Part shown: positions 45,522 through 57,954 of the stretch, piece by piece
How positions within the stretch are numbered: position 1 is the first letter of the stretch
Layout of the letters: each line of letters starts with the position of its first letter
DNA from: the human T2T-CHM13v2.0 reference genome, Homo sapiens
Strand: one strand, 5' to 3'
DNA length: 64,000 nt
NCBI RefSeq assembly: GCF_009914755.1
Contig: NC_060937.1
Notes under the pieces: model-generated
What the model was told of the DNA's origin: nothing
What the model saw: only the letters and a program-made list of their open reading frames with translations
Databases searched by the model: none
Made by a program: the position numbers and the translations under genes

Positions 45522-47909
45522 TGTATTATTTATCTATTGCTGCGTAACATATTACCTTAAAACTTAATGGCGTAAAACAGCCAACATTTATTGTCTCATA
45601 GTTTCTGTGGGTTAGGAAGCAGTGCAGTTTAGGTGGGTGCATCTGCCTCAAATTCTCACAAGGCTACAACCCAGATATTGGTCAGGCTGCAATCTCATCT
45701 CAAGGCTCAACTGGGGAAAGACTAAAATCCAAGAGTAACTTATGTTGTTGTTGGCAGGATTCACTTCTTTCATGGCTGTTGCACTGAGACCCCAGGTTTT
45801 CTACAGCTGTTGGCCAGAGGGCTCCATCAGTTCTTTGCCAAATGGACTTTTCCATAGAGCTGTTCATATGACAGCTGGCTTCATCAGAGCAAGCAAGCAA
45901 GAGGGTAAAATGGTATGGCAGATGGGAGTGACTGTCCTTTTGTAACTTAATTTCAGCAGTAATGTCACAGGATCCTTCAGGTGTTGCTTTGTTAGCCAGA
46001 AATCTCTGTGGCTGGTGGTGCCACTGATTGAGTTTTGTTCATGCTCGCTGGGCTTGTTCCACCCACTCAGCCCTGCAGGCTGCATTCGGCTTGTGTTACC
46101 ATCCCAGATCCCATGCCTGCGAAGGGTGAGCCAGGCATGGAGTGGTGAGGGGTGTGTGAATGAGCAAGCACGGGGTCCAGCCACTGTGCACAGCCAGGCA
46201 TGCCAGCTGCTGTGGCGGGGCAGGCAACTCCAGGTGCCAGTACAGGTGCTGGCCCCGTGGGAGTCTGTGGTTGGACCAGACACACTGCAAGTGGCTTCCA
46301 CTGTGGGCACCAGCAACTGGACAAGGGGAATGTGATGGCCCCTGAAAGCTCAGAGATACCAGGAACTGCAAAGCCCCAAAGAGGGTGTTTTAGTGTGTCA
46401 CCATTCTGGCTCAGGGAACCCTGAGGTCTGGGCTCCCAGAAGGGCCACAGGTTTTTTTTCTACTCGTCGTCCACAACATGGTGAGTTGGACGGGGCCCAT
46501 GTTCCAGGGGGCGTGTTTCAGCCCATTTGTGTTACAGCTCTTTCAGTTCCACCACCCCACTCTGGCCTGAGGCTCCTGAACTGGCCCAGCCCTGCCACTG
46601 CTTCCTGTCACATGGGGCAGCCACCTGGTGCCAGCAGAGGGCAGGAGAGCTATAGTGTTACAGCAACTCTGGCTTGGAGAATCCCAAGGCCTGGGTCCCC
46701 AGAAGAGTTGCCACTCTTCAATCCTGCAGTCCAGGAGCATGTCACTGGCCACAGTTTGGCAAACTGACCAGGAACATGTTACAGCTCCTTTCGCTCCCAC
46801 CATTTGGCAGGTCCCGAATTCTTTTGCCAGGTCCAGGAAGAATGAGGTTACATGGACAACTGGAAGGTGAGCAAGGCAGAGAGGAGTTTTATTGAGTGAC
46901 AGAACAGCTCTCAGCTGAGAGGAGACCCAAAGTGGCTAGCTCCCATCTGCAGACAGGTTGTCCAACTAGTCTGAGTCTGGGGTTTATATCGGCTCAGAAG
47001 GGAGGGTATGCATACTGATTGGTCCATGGGTGGCCATGGGTGGTCCTGGAAAAAGCACTATCTTATTGGCCAAAAGGCATCAAGGAAGTTCTCACTCCCT
47101 GTCACAGACACCACTGGTAACTGGCAGCCTGGCCCCCAGGCTTCAGGCTGTCTCTGGCTTGAAGGTAGAATTTCACTGGGGACCTGCCCCCTCCCACCCA
47201 GGAAACTGTCTGCCTCCCACTGCCAACAACATGCTGTCCACAACACCTAGGCTTTCTGTGCCAAGAGACACCTGCAGGCCTGTGCCAAGCTGTCCTCAGC
47301 CACCACTGCCAGCCTCTCTCCTGCACTTGTAGGTGCCCAAACTCCAGAGGGGGGCTGAGGCAGCAGGGAGCTGATGTGTTCATGCTGCCCCAAGTGCATG
47401 CACACCTGGCTGGGTTGCAACAGCATCCAGGCTCAGCCATTACTTTGCTCCACACTGGAACAGGCACTGGGAGTGGGGAGAAGCCAGAGAGTGAGAGCAG
47501 GCACTTCCAAGCCTGTGGGGCCAGGGGGCTCCCTGGGCCCCTGAGAGTGAAGGAATGCTCAGGTTTGGAGCTGTGGCTGGGTGGCTGCAGCTGCACCCAG
47601 CAGCATGGGCTTCCACCCTGGCAACTTGGTGGGGCATGGGGCTCCCACTGGGATCACCTATTCCCGGCCCCCACCAGCTCCACAGAATGCACAGCTCCAG
47701 TCATGCCTATCCTGCTGTGGCTGAAATCCTTGCAGCAGCTGCTCCAGATGGGCTGCTGCTGCCATCAGTAACATACCATTGCTTTGGACATATTCTATTC
47801 ATTAGAAACAAGTCACTAGGTTCAGCTTACACTCAAAGGCCCATTACATAAGGGTGCAAATCCAAGGAGGAGAAATCACTGGGAGCCAGGTCAGAAGTTG
47901 CCTACCACA
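45522..47909 (-). mobile_element. MLT1F-type MaLR LTR split by MER52; pieces 45522-45962 and 47768-47909
   Basis: TG...CA termini with a perfect 5-bp TSD ccacc at 45517-45521 and 47910-47914. Confidence 0.85.
45963..47767 (-). mobile_element. MER52 (MER52A-like) ERV1 solo LTR, 1805 bp
   Basis: The minus strand starts tgatggcagcagcagcccatctggagcagc and ends ..gaaggatcctgtgaca. 4-bp TSD gtaa at 45959-45962 and 47768-47771. GC-rich. Confidence 0.88.
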
Positions 47910-48196
47910 CCACCCATTACTACATGGAAACTGAGGGAGGTAATCTCATTGCAAACTGAGGAGCCCAATGAATGGAGAACACAGACAGGAGACCTTTCCC
48001 ACTACAGGCTGAGCAGTCAGGTAAGAAAAGGCCAAAAAGCAATCACTGGATTTGGCAACACTGGCATTATTGGAGACCAGTGAATGCCAGTAAAGGTAGC
48101 AAGTTCAGAAAAGAGATAAGTGAAGAAACCAGATGGTGGTGGGATGAGAGTTACCAGGAGTGGTGAGGTAGATACAGTAGTGTTCAAGATTGTTGG

Positions 48197-48675
48197 TGTA
48201 TTTGTTTTCTATTGCTCTATAATAAACCATCATAAACTTAGTGTTTTAAAACTACACAGATTTATCATCTTGCATTCTGGGAGGTCAGAAATCTTAAAAG
48301 TAAGGTGTTTAAAGGGTTGCTTTCCTCTGGAAGCTCTGGAAGTCAGTCCCTTTCCTTGCCTTTCCAGGTTCTGAAGACTGCCTGCATTCCTTGGCTAGTG
48401 GCCCCTTCCTCTATCTTCAAGACCTGAAGCCTTGCACCTTCAATGGCTTTCTCTCTGACTTCTGCTTCCAACATCATATCTCTTTCTCTGATTCTAATCT
48501 TCCTGCTTTTTACAAGGAACATTGTGATAGATTGGGATCACCTTGATAATTCAGGATAATCTATTTCAAGTTCCTTAATCACATTACAAAGTCCCTTTTG
48601 CCACATAAGGTAATAAATTTAGTTTCTGAGGATAAGGACATAGATATTTTAGGAGGTCATTATTCTGTCTACTGG
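48197..48675 (-). mobile_element. MLT1D-type MaLR LTR
   Basis: tgtatttgttttctattgctctataataaacc ... ctgcctgcattccttggctagtggccccttcc ... aaagtcccttttgccacataagg. Confidence 0.8.
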
Positions 48676-48905
48676 AGTTAGCTAGAGTTGGAAGAAAGAG
48701 GATAATATTTGGAAGCTCAGAGTTCAGGAAAAGTATTTTGTAAACTGTGTAAATGTGTCCATTTTATCATATAACAGGCTCTGTGGATGAATAATTCTGT
48801 CTCTTTTATTGATTGATTTACAGCACCAGTAAGGGTCTACAGATGTTGAATGGAACAAAATGGTGTCTAATCTGCTCACCTTTTTCAAAACTCTGAATAT
48901 ACTCT

Positions 48906-49035
48906 GATCTACCTAATGCTAAATGATGAGTTAATGGGTGCAGCACACCAACATGGCACATGTATACATATGTAACAAACCTGCACATTGTGCACATGTA
49001 CCCTAAAACTTAAAGTATAATAATAATAAAAAAAA
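48906..49035 (+). mobile_element. ~130-bp young L1PA (PA2/3-like) 3' end
   Basis: acctaatgctaaatgatgagttaatgggtgcagcacaccaacatggcacatgtatac..cttaaagtataataataataaaaaaaa. Confidence 0.9.
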
Positions 49036-50640
49036 GTGAACGAAAGCTCGGCAGCTTTTGCAAATGTCAGCAGTCTTTCCTGGGGTTGGGGAACTGTGAG
49101 GCCTAGGCCTGGCACCCAGCTTGCTAGTGAAGGTGGCCTCGTATTGCTTAGAAACGTTATGTTTCAGTTTAAATACCAGACAGTAAAAATAAAGCTCGAG
49201 GACCACCTGCACTGTTGCCAAATCATTGCCAGAATGAATAGCTTAAATAAATAAAAAATAGAAATATTTACTTCTCGATAAAAATAAAAGTAAAACCATT
49301 AAAAAAAAGGTAAAAATGAATACTCATGTTTGATGTTTGGTGAGATTAGACTTCTCAATATTTGTTCTCCTTTCTGTCCAGCTGAATAACTGACTTCTAA
49401 TATTTTGCTTAATAATCAGTCCATGTTTTAAAATCAATGCATGGATAGTCAGTTGCAAAACTCAGTTCACATGACTGCAGATGGTACAGCATTGATATAA
49501 AATGGATATTTTATCTATATAACATTAAATCTGGAGGTTGCTAGGCAGTAAAACTGTCTTTGGATATTATTACCTATTTATAAAATATGCCATTTTCATT
49601 TTAGGCTTACTGGGCCTATTCTTCTACTGTAGTAAAACGAATACTTTCTACTCTAAAAATGTAACTCATGTTCATGGGATAAATTGAAATATTTAATAGA
49701 AACATCTAAACACAGTGGACTGCCATTACCACATTACCATATAGTGAATAATATCATGGATAAAAAATAGTCTAAGAAGTGCATTCCACAGGAACTAAAA
49801 CATTATTTTAATTATAATCTGGTGTGTTGATTACTAAGGAAAATTTTAAAAATGTAACTATCTGATGATAAGGGAAAAACCCTTTTCTCTTGCAGCAATT
49901 GATTGAATAATTTGAAAATGGCCCATAAGACACCAAATAAATAATAGTGATATGTCTTGACCATTCACAGGGTATATATAAGTAGATATTACCTCTGTTC
50001 TTATATAAGGAAATTATAACTTAGTTATGGAGGCTAGAGAGACCCATAAATAAGTATAGATATGTTTGATAATGATAAACGAATTCACCATAGGGCTAAA
50101 GAATGGTTAAGAGGAGAAAAGAACACATTTAAAATGCATTAGGAAGTAGATTAGAGGAAAAATTTCCTGGTATTCTTCTAAGGAAGGATATTAAATACTT
50201 CCCTCCTGTGCTTTTTTCTACCCAAATTTTCATAGAAAAGGGCATAGAAGGGGCATATTTTGCTTCCTCACCTCTGAATCACAGCCACTGTTACTGATGG
50301 TTGTGGGTTGGGGCAGCCAAACTGTGAAAATAGCTGCTGGCCTACGTGATGCTTTAGTCTATCTGCTAATCCCCTGATTCCATGCAAATATTCAATTACC
50401 TTTTATTCCCGGTGTCCCTAACTCATATCCTCTTTGGTAATCTGAACAACTACTTCACTGAATCAAGAAAAGGCCAACTTCATTTGTGCCTTCACTGTCT
50501 TTTTGCTTTTACCTGAAAAATCCATTTCATCCTCCTCCTGTATTAATTCAAACTACTTTAACACTACACTCAATAACTTTCTCTCTTGAAGCCTCTCCTG
50601 CCTATATATTCTTGTTGTTCTCTTGTTTCTGGAAATTTCC

Positions 50641-50670
50641 GTGTATGTGTGCGTGTGTGTGTGTGTGTCT
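50641..50670. repeat. (TG)n microsatellite
   Basis: gtgtatgtgtgcgtgtgtgtgtgtgtgt. Confidence 0.75.
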
Positions 50671-51035
50671 GTTAAGTCCATAGTTTGTACAATAAAATGG
50701 AGTGCTTAATTTTGTAAAGTCTTAACCTAGTTCAGCATTTTATTTTTAAGATAATATTAAAACACCTACCTCCCCTTACCCCAGCACACCATAAGCCTTT
50801 AGCCAAAATTTGTCTGATAGGTGGGATTACATTTACACAAGTCCAGGAACTCATGAATAACAAAGTTGTCATTGGAAGGTAGATCAACTCTGTATCCCTT
50901 AACTCTATGCCACAGTCTCTCACCACAGATTAAATTTTCTATACTGGGAGGCAGTTTTAGGGAAAGAGAATTACAAATCAAATTATTGCTATCCTACTCA
51001 TTTGTAAGAGTTTATTCTGATAGGGTGTGTAACCA

Positions 51036-51574
51036 TGTCAGTAATTTGCCAGTTTGTTCTCAGATTCATTTCCTACCTTTGCTGTTTTGTTCTGCACTTT
51101 ACAAGACTGTTCCCCAAAACTACACTTTCCTGCATTCCTGCCAGGTTTGGCCAGTGGGAGACATTGATAGGAGATTGGAGGGTGGGAAAAAGAAAAAATG
51201 CCTCCCTGATCCTGTCCAACTCCTGTTTGAGTAGCATCTCTGACAGATGCTGTGTCTCCTCCATGGCTTCATTTCCTGTCAAAAACCATTTCATTATATG
51301 GCTTCTGCTTCAGCTGTGCAGCTTCCGTCGTATTTCAGCCTCCCACCATAATGGCTGGTCTCTGAGATCTGGTCACAATTTCTCATCCCTGTATCTTTTC
51401 AGCCTTTGGAGTTGTGGCAGCTTTTTGCTGTTGATAATCTCTGGTTGCCTCCCAGTCCCCTGTTTGGCTTTCTAGCTCTTCCAACACCTCTCTATCTAAT
51501 TCCACATATCAAATTTCCTCTATTGAATTACATAGCACGGGGTCTGTTTTCCTGATTGAACTGTGACTGAAACA
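51036..51574 (+). mobile_element. LTR33-like ERVL solo LTR
   Basis: tgtcagt... start, aggtttggccagtgggagacattgataggagattggaggg, and 3' end tctgttttcctgattgaactgtgactgaaaca. Confidence 0.7.
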
Positions 51575-52754
51575 ATATCAGGGTCTCATATCTCTTCTTT
51601 GCCAAGCAGACACTAGCACCCTGGTGTGCCTGTGAGAGAGATACAAAGGCACTTGAGGGAAAAGGAGCTTAAGATTTTTGTACCGAATGGAAGAAAAAAC
51701 TTATACATACTTACCGAATGTCCAGGCGCTGAATTTAGAATGTGTTCAATATTTCCATCTGAATTTATTTTAGAGGGGTAATCACAACGTTAATCTAAGG
51801 TTCTCCCAACTCTGAAACAAATATGGTTTTCTCAATTTGTTTTGAATGTATTTCTGCATCTTGTACAATGGTGTGTGATGTTTATCTTAACAGGGCTGAC
51901 ACAAAATCCAAGCCCCCTTCACCGCCAGAAAATAATTGTATCTTTCTGGTCTTCCTTGGCTCCAAAGAGCAGCTAAGCATACCCAAGTTCATTTAGGGAA
52001 ACAAGAACTCTAAGTTAAAGGATCTATGGACAGGAAGAGAAAGAGAGCAATAAAAAGCTGAGTACAGAGACTGGGCTAATACAAGACATGATAATCAGAC
52101 AAACTCTCCCTGTATATCTCCTCCTTGGCTTGGTTTGGAAACTATGTTTTCTCAGTCACAGCTCCTACATGTGGGCTTTCAGCTGTTGGCAGCTGTCCAG
52201 TTTAGCACTTCATTTCACACAACAGCTCCAATTTTCAAATATTGACTTGAGAACTTAGTCTCCCTGGTGCCAGCTCAATTCCTAAACATTATTGCATGTA
52301 AAGCTTTGATTATTATGATGTACTATTGGGGGTTCCTGTTATCAGACTAAATTCATCTTTATGGCATTCCTCTTATTGTAGTTCACCAAAAGCACCACAC
52401 CTGCATGTAGCCTTACATGAAGGATGCCAAATCTGGTTTTAAATATGCATTTATGAAAAGATGTATATTTAAAGTGTACTTGAACTACGCATATTACGTA
52501 TTAAGGATGATGAATGTTATGTAACTGGACACATAAATAAAATTGTGTGCTGCCCATTTTAAATGCAAAATGGTCTGTTTTTAGTATTTTAGAAGCAGAG
52601 CATTTTCATTAGCCTGACATCAGAAGGCACATTCTGCATTTGATCAGGGCTCTTGTGTGAGGTATAGTACATGGCAAAAGAGAAAAATAAGATTAATATT
52701 TATAAGTTGGTAATTGTTTTTCATAAGAAGGAATACAATATTACCACATTTCTT

Positions 52755-53075
52755 TCTTTCTTTTTCTTTAATTTTTTTTAATTTTTATTTTTTGAGAGGG
52801 AGTCTCACTCTATCTCCCAGGCTGGAGTGCAGCGGCGCGATCTTGGTTCATTGCAACTTCCGCTTCCTGGGTTCAACTGATTCTCCAACCTCAGCCTCCT
52901 GAGTAGCTGGGATTACAGGCGCACACCACCACACCCAGCTAATTTTTGTATTTTTGGTAGGGATGGGGTTTCACCATGTTGGCCAGGGTGGTCTGAAATT
53001 CCTGACCACAGGTGATCCATTCGCCTTGGCCTCCCAAAGTGCTGGGATTACAGGCGTGAGCAATGGTGCCCAGCC
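52755..53075 (-). mobile_element. AluS
   Basis: Full Alu. TSD ccacatttctt (52744-52754) / ccacatctctt (53076-53086). Confidence 0.92.
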
Positions 53076-53479
53076 CCACATCTCTTAAATGTGAGAAAAA
53101 CTGATAATTACCATGGAGAACACTACATTTCAATAAAATGCTTAAAACATAGTGATGGAGGTACTGGACTTGACATTCTAGAATCAAGAAAATCAAGGGT
53201 AACTGATTGTGAAATAGGTTATGTAGAACATAATTCAATGTAATGACTCTTATTTCTTAATTCTTTTCCACTTTATTCTCAGGTAGTTCTACCTGAGCAT
53301 AAATTGTTGGGGAGATAAAACATATTGATTATTTTGAGATCTTATTAATAAATACCTTGTATTTGATGATTAAAAAATAAAGTTGGGCAAAGTGGATATG
53401 TATTGGGAAAGAATATTCAAAGCACTTGACACATTATGCACGAGGTCTTAAAAATGTGGGACAGCATGTCCACTTTAGA

Positions 53480-53850
53480 GATTACAATAGATCCATTATT
53501 CCAGGAGGGACATTTCCGGGGGAAGGACAGCAGGGGATAAGGCAGGTGTGAGAGGCAGAGTCCATGAGCCAAGGATATCCAGTGCTGTGATTAGAAGGTT
53601 AGCCTTTATTCATGGGTGGAGAGGAGCCAGCAGCCTGTTTTAACTGGGGGAGGGGGCTCACTGGGCCAACTCTGTCACATTGGTATTACTGAGGAACAGG
53701 GAATGAATGGCAGAGGGTGTGGGGAAAACAAAACCAATTCAGAAACTATTGCAATTATCTAGGGGAGAGTTGATGAGGATGGAATTAAGAGCGACAGTAG
53801 AGAGAGAAGGGGCAAATGAGGGTATGGGAACAATTCTGAAATATAACAAA
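53480..53850 (-). mobile_element. L2 fragment
   Basis: ttcagaaactattgcaattatctaggggagagttgatgagg, typical of the L2 body. Confidence 0.55.
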
Positions 53851-54029
53851 TATTTAAGAATGGAAGTTGATTAATATTATTTATGTTTCTCTTAATACCC
53901 TTCCGTATACAACTGGTTTTAATGCATATCAGTAGAAGTAGAACGTGGATAAATGTGTCTAGGCGAGAACAGAAAATCTTTCAATCATTTATTTGAGTAC
54001 CATTAGAAAATAGGTGTACTCAACACAGT

Positions 54030-54500
54030 TAAAGGATCATATTGTCAGAATAGACATTAGCAATAGTTCAGTCTCTTCTCTCCTATTTATGCATGAATCT
54101 CATCTATGAATCTAACAGATCATTCTTTTATTCAAGTGACTCTTACCTCTCTCTACAGGCAGCCCTTCTGTTCATGTACAGCCCAAGTTATTAGTCATTT
54201 TCTCTTCTGTTAATTAGAAAGTTGTGTTGGTGAAATTTTCACCAATTGGTCTTTGTTCTTCACTCCATGATACCAAGAAAGAATCTAAATTCCGTTTTGT
54301 TTTGCTATTCTTCAGACACTTAAAGATGGTTATTATTTCAGCATTTAAATTATCTTTGGTTAGTCATCCACAGCTCCTTCATTTACATCTTTAAACTCTT
54401 TTCATTCAGGTTATCCTTCTCTGATGACAATGTCCTTCTTAGAATGTGTTGTTCCAAATTCCACAGTATTTTAGATATGGTCATATCAGTACACAGATGG
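54030..54500 (-). mobile_element. L3/CR1 LINE relic
   Basis: ctctacaggcagcccttc, ttcttcagacacttaaagatggttatt and tccttcttagaatgtgttgttccaaattccacagtattttagatatggtc. Confidence 0.55.
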
Positions 54501-54519
54501 AGATCCCCAGCCAACAAGT

Positions 54520-54603
54520 CAGAATTCATAAGTATATCTCAAATAAATATATTTGACAACATACTTGAGAGTAAGTATATTTGGGATATACTTATGAATT
54601 CTG
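54520..54603. repeat. Inverted repeat with 26-bp arms
   Basis: cagaattcataagtatatctcaaata (54520-54545) pairs with tatttgggatatacttatgaattctg (54578-54603), with one G-T mismatch. Confidence 0.9.
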
Positions 54604-56089
54604 TATAGATTTCTGGTCCAGAAACCTCTGACCTTAATTATTTGTTCTTCAAGTTACTTACCAACATCATATCTTTTCTTTACCACTTTCTCCCTGTTTC
54701 TACTACCTGGTCCCCAGCTTCTTCAAGGTGTCATAGGATTCTTATTACGGATGGAAGAACTTTTATTATTAGAAATATTTTATTTTTAGCAGATTTTGAA
54801 TGATCTCAAGTCTTTGGAGAATAGAAAAGATACATTCTCACTAAGTCTTGGATAATGCTTTGACTCCTACCAACTCCTTGTGATAGATGACTCCTTGTGG
54901 AGCAATTAAATTAGCATTGGGGCAAAGGAATTTAACTGCAGAGAGGGGGGAAAATTGCTCAGTTAATCTCAAAATATATGGCTCCAGAGATAGTAGCTGT
55001 CTGACTCAACAGCCTGTCAACAGCTAAGCAATTTGCTCTGATACATACACCTTTCATTTATCATGGGTCATTCTTTCATTCTTGTTTAGCCAGCACATAA
55101 CTGATTCCCTCTTTCCTCTAACCACTCATTTTTATGGTTTTATTCTGAACTCCCTCCAAGTTGTCTTTATATTTCTTTTATCTAAATGCCCCAGCTTGTT
55201 ATAAAAAATAATCAGAGAGGAATATATGCTAATCTTTTGATGAAAATACTGTTAATATTAAACACTCTCTAGCTTCATCATGTTTAGCTCTGCATATGAC
55301 CTTCAAAAACTTCAGTTCCTACTCTCAGGGAGTTTCCATTCCAGGAGGCTAATATAAAAAAGGTACAGACTGACTTTAGATCACATCCCATGTCTTTCCT
55401 AGGCTATTCTGAAATAAGTTTTCAAGGCAACAATATCAATTCGTTCTGTCTTTGAATAGTTCCATTAGGAGGAGTGTAATAGGGAAAGTATCAGACTAAC
55501 CATGGGGTATAAGGCTGGCCCACATGAAACTGGCACAGGATTCAGTAGCATAGCTTAGGGCTGTTGCTGTCTGAAGGGTGTTTGGTGACCCTATTTAGCA
55601 AGAAGGATGGCATTGCCCAACTGTGAGAGGGATTTTATCTTCAGACCCTAGTCTGGGGAAAATATTTCCTTCAAAGGACATTACAGCTACCCATGACCCT
55701 TTATATTACCAAATGGCACAGACTGTGCAAGTAGAAACCAGCCATCAGAAACACCCCAGGCAAGTACACTCAGGTTAGAGAGAGCGCTGCAGAATTTTGC
55801 TGAAAAGACTAGAAGAAAGCCTAGCCTGTCGTAGGAATCAGTGATAAAAAAGGTTTTATCTTTTAAAGTTTGAGCAACAGCTTGAACAAACCCAAGATTT
55901 AGCATTAAGCATCCAGAAGCAAAACGTAGACTTTATAGTACACACTGGAGCAATCCTAAGAAAGCATAGGGCATGCTGACTGAATTTGAATTCTCTGTTT
56001 TCTAGTCAGTAACTAAAAATGTGCTAGTGAAACTGCTTCAGTAACAAGTCTCCATCCATCCTAGGGCACTAAAATTAGGTGTGTAGAAC

Positions 56090-56220
56090 AAGATCTCTCA
56101 ACCTCGGCACAACTGACAATTTGGACAAATAATTCTTGATTGTGAGGATTGCCTTATGCACTGTAGAATGTTTAGCAGCATCGTTGGCCTCCACCCACTA
56201 TGCCAGTAGCACTACCCATA
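56090..56220 (+). mobile_element. MER20 5' fragment
   Basis: tctcaacctcggcacaactgacaatttggac..ataattctt..gcactgtagaatgtttagcagcatc..ccagtagcac. Confidence 0.8.
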
Positions 56221-56221
56221 C

Positions 56222-56390
56222 AACCTGGGGTATGTTCCTTGATTTCTTAAAGGCTCAGTTTTCTCATCTGTTAGATGGGGCTAATAATAGTACTTACCTC
56301 ACAGGGCTGTCGTGAGAAATAATGTTATACAAAATCCATTAGCAGACTGACTACCATGCAGCAAGTCCAGAATATATCTGAGCTATATAT
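56222..56390 (+). mobile_element. MIR
   Basis: ctcagttttctcatctgttagatggggctaataatagtacttacctcacagggctgtcgtgaga. Confidence 0.8.
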
Positions 56391-56839
56391 CGTTTGGTTT
56401 CTGTGTCATTTACATTACAAAGAAGGGGTTCAGAACTTCTCAACATCTTCCTTCTTCAACCTCCCAAGTCAGAGATCCCTTTCAGATATTGTTAAAATTG
56501 AAATGAATTGTATGGAATTATGTAAGTATTCTGATCAATATTTTTAACCTAAAAGAAGATATATTAGGAAAGATGACTCAGGTATGACAGATTGTTGTTA
56601 TAAATAGGATTTATTCCCTTTCAGTGTGCAATATTTTACTCAAGATTGACAGAAAAAGAGGGAATAGAGGTGTGGTTGAAGAAAGAAAGAGAACGATGGT
56701 TGTTCCAAAGGATTCTTTATTTATAGAGTATCCATCCTAGATTATAAATTCTAAAGAACAAAGATAAGCATCTGTATGGAATTCTGCCTCTGCTTTGCAT
56801 TAGTTCTTGATGATAATGAAGAATATTTTGTTTTCTTTA

Positions 56840-57207
<368 letters not shown>

Positions 57208-57635
57208 AAGACTGTTACCAGGACAAATCATTTCAGTTAAAGAGTAAGTAAGCCCTTACAAGTTTGTGTTTTTGAGTTTTTAATCTACCATTAGATCATA
57301 TTTCTTCTTTCTCATCATCACTTCCAATTTCCACATACAAACACATACAGTTTCCAGGACTGCCAGTAATTCCTCTCTTAAGTTTTATCAATGTGCAAAG
57401 GGAAAACACCTAATTATAGTAAATAATTTAATAGGGTGTATTGGCCAGAAAATTAATTCATAATAGCTGGGAAACGAATGATGACAGTGGTTTGGAATGT
57501 GATTGGACCCCTGCTCAGGATAAAACAAAAAAGGGTAGAGAGGAATCTGTGATCATGATTAACAGCAGTTTATCCATTTAGAAGGAGTCATTCAGAGACA
57601 CCAGAAAAATCAGGATTAAGTCACTTTTTAGGGTC

Positions 57636-57954
57636 TACTATGATCTGAATGTTTGTGTTCCCCTAAATTCATATGTTGAAATCCTAACCTTCACACGGGG
57701 AGGGGATTAGGTCCCAGTTTGTGCCCTTATAAGAATAGTACTCTTATAAAAGAGGTTTCAGATAATTACATCATTCTTTTCATCATGTGAGGTTACAGCA
57801 AAAAGATGGCCAGAGGAGACCCTCGTCAGACATTGAATCCTCTTGTTCCTTGATCTTAGACTTCCCAGCCTCCAGAACTGTGAGAAATAAACTTCTGTTA
57901 TTTATAAACCACCAGTTCATGATACTTTATTGGCAGCCTGAATGGACTAAGACA
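57636..57954 (+). mobile_element. MLT1A-type MaLR solo LTR
   Basis: tactatgatctgaatgtttgtgttcccctaaattcatatgttgaaatcc ... gcagcctgaatggactaagaca. Perfect TSD gggtc at 57631-57635 and 57955-57959. Confidence 0.88.

Noticed and set aside
45864-47851. Dense overlapping ORFs on both strands
   Set aside because: A by-product of the GC-rich MER52 LTR, which has few stop codons. No recognisable protein.
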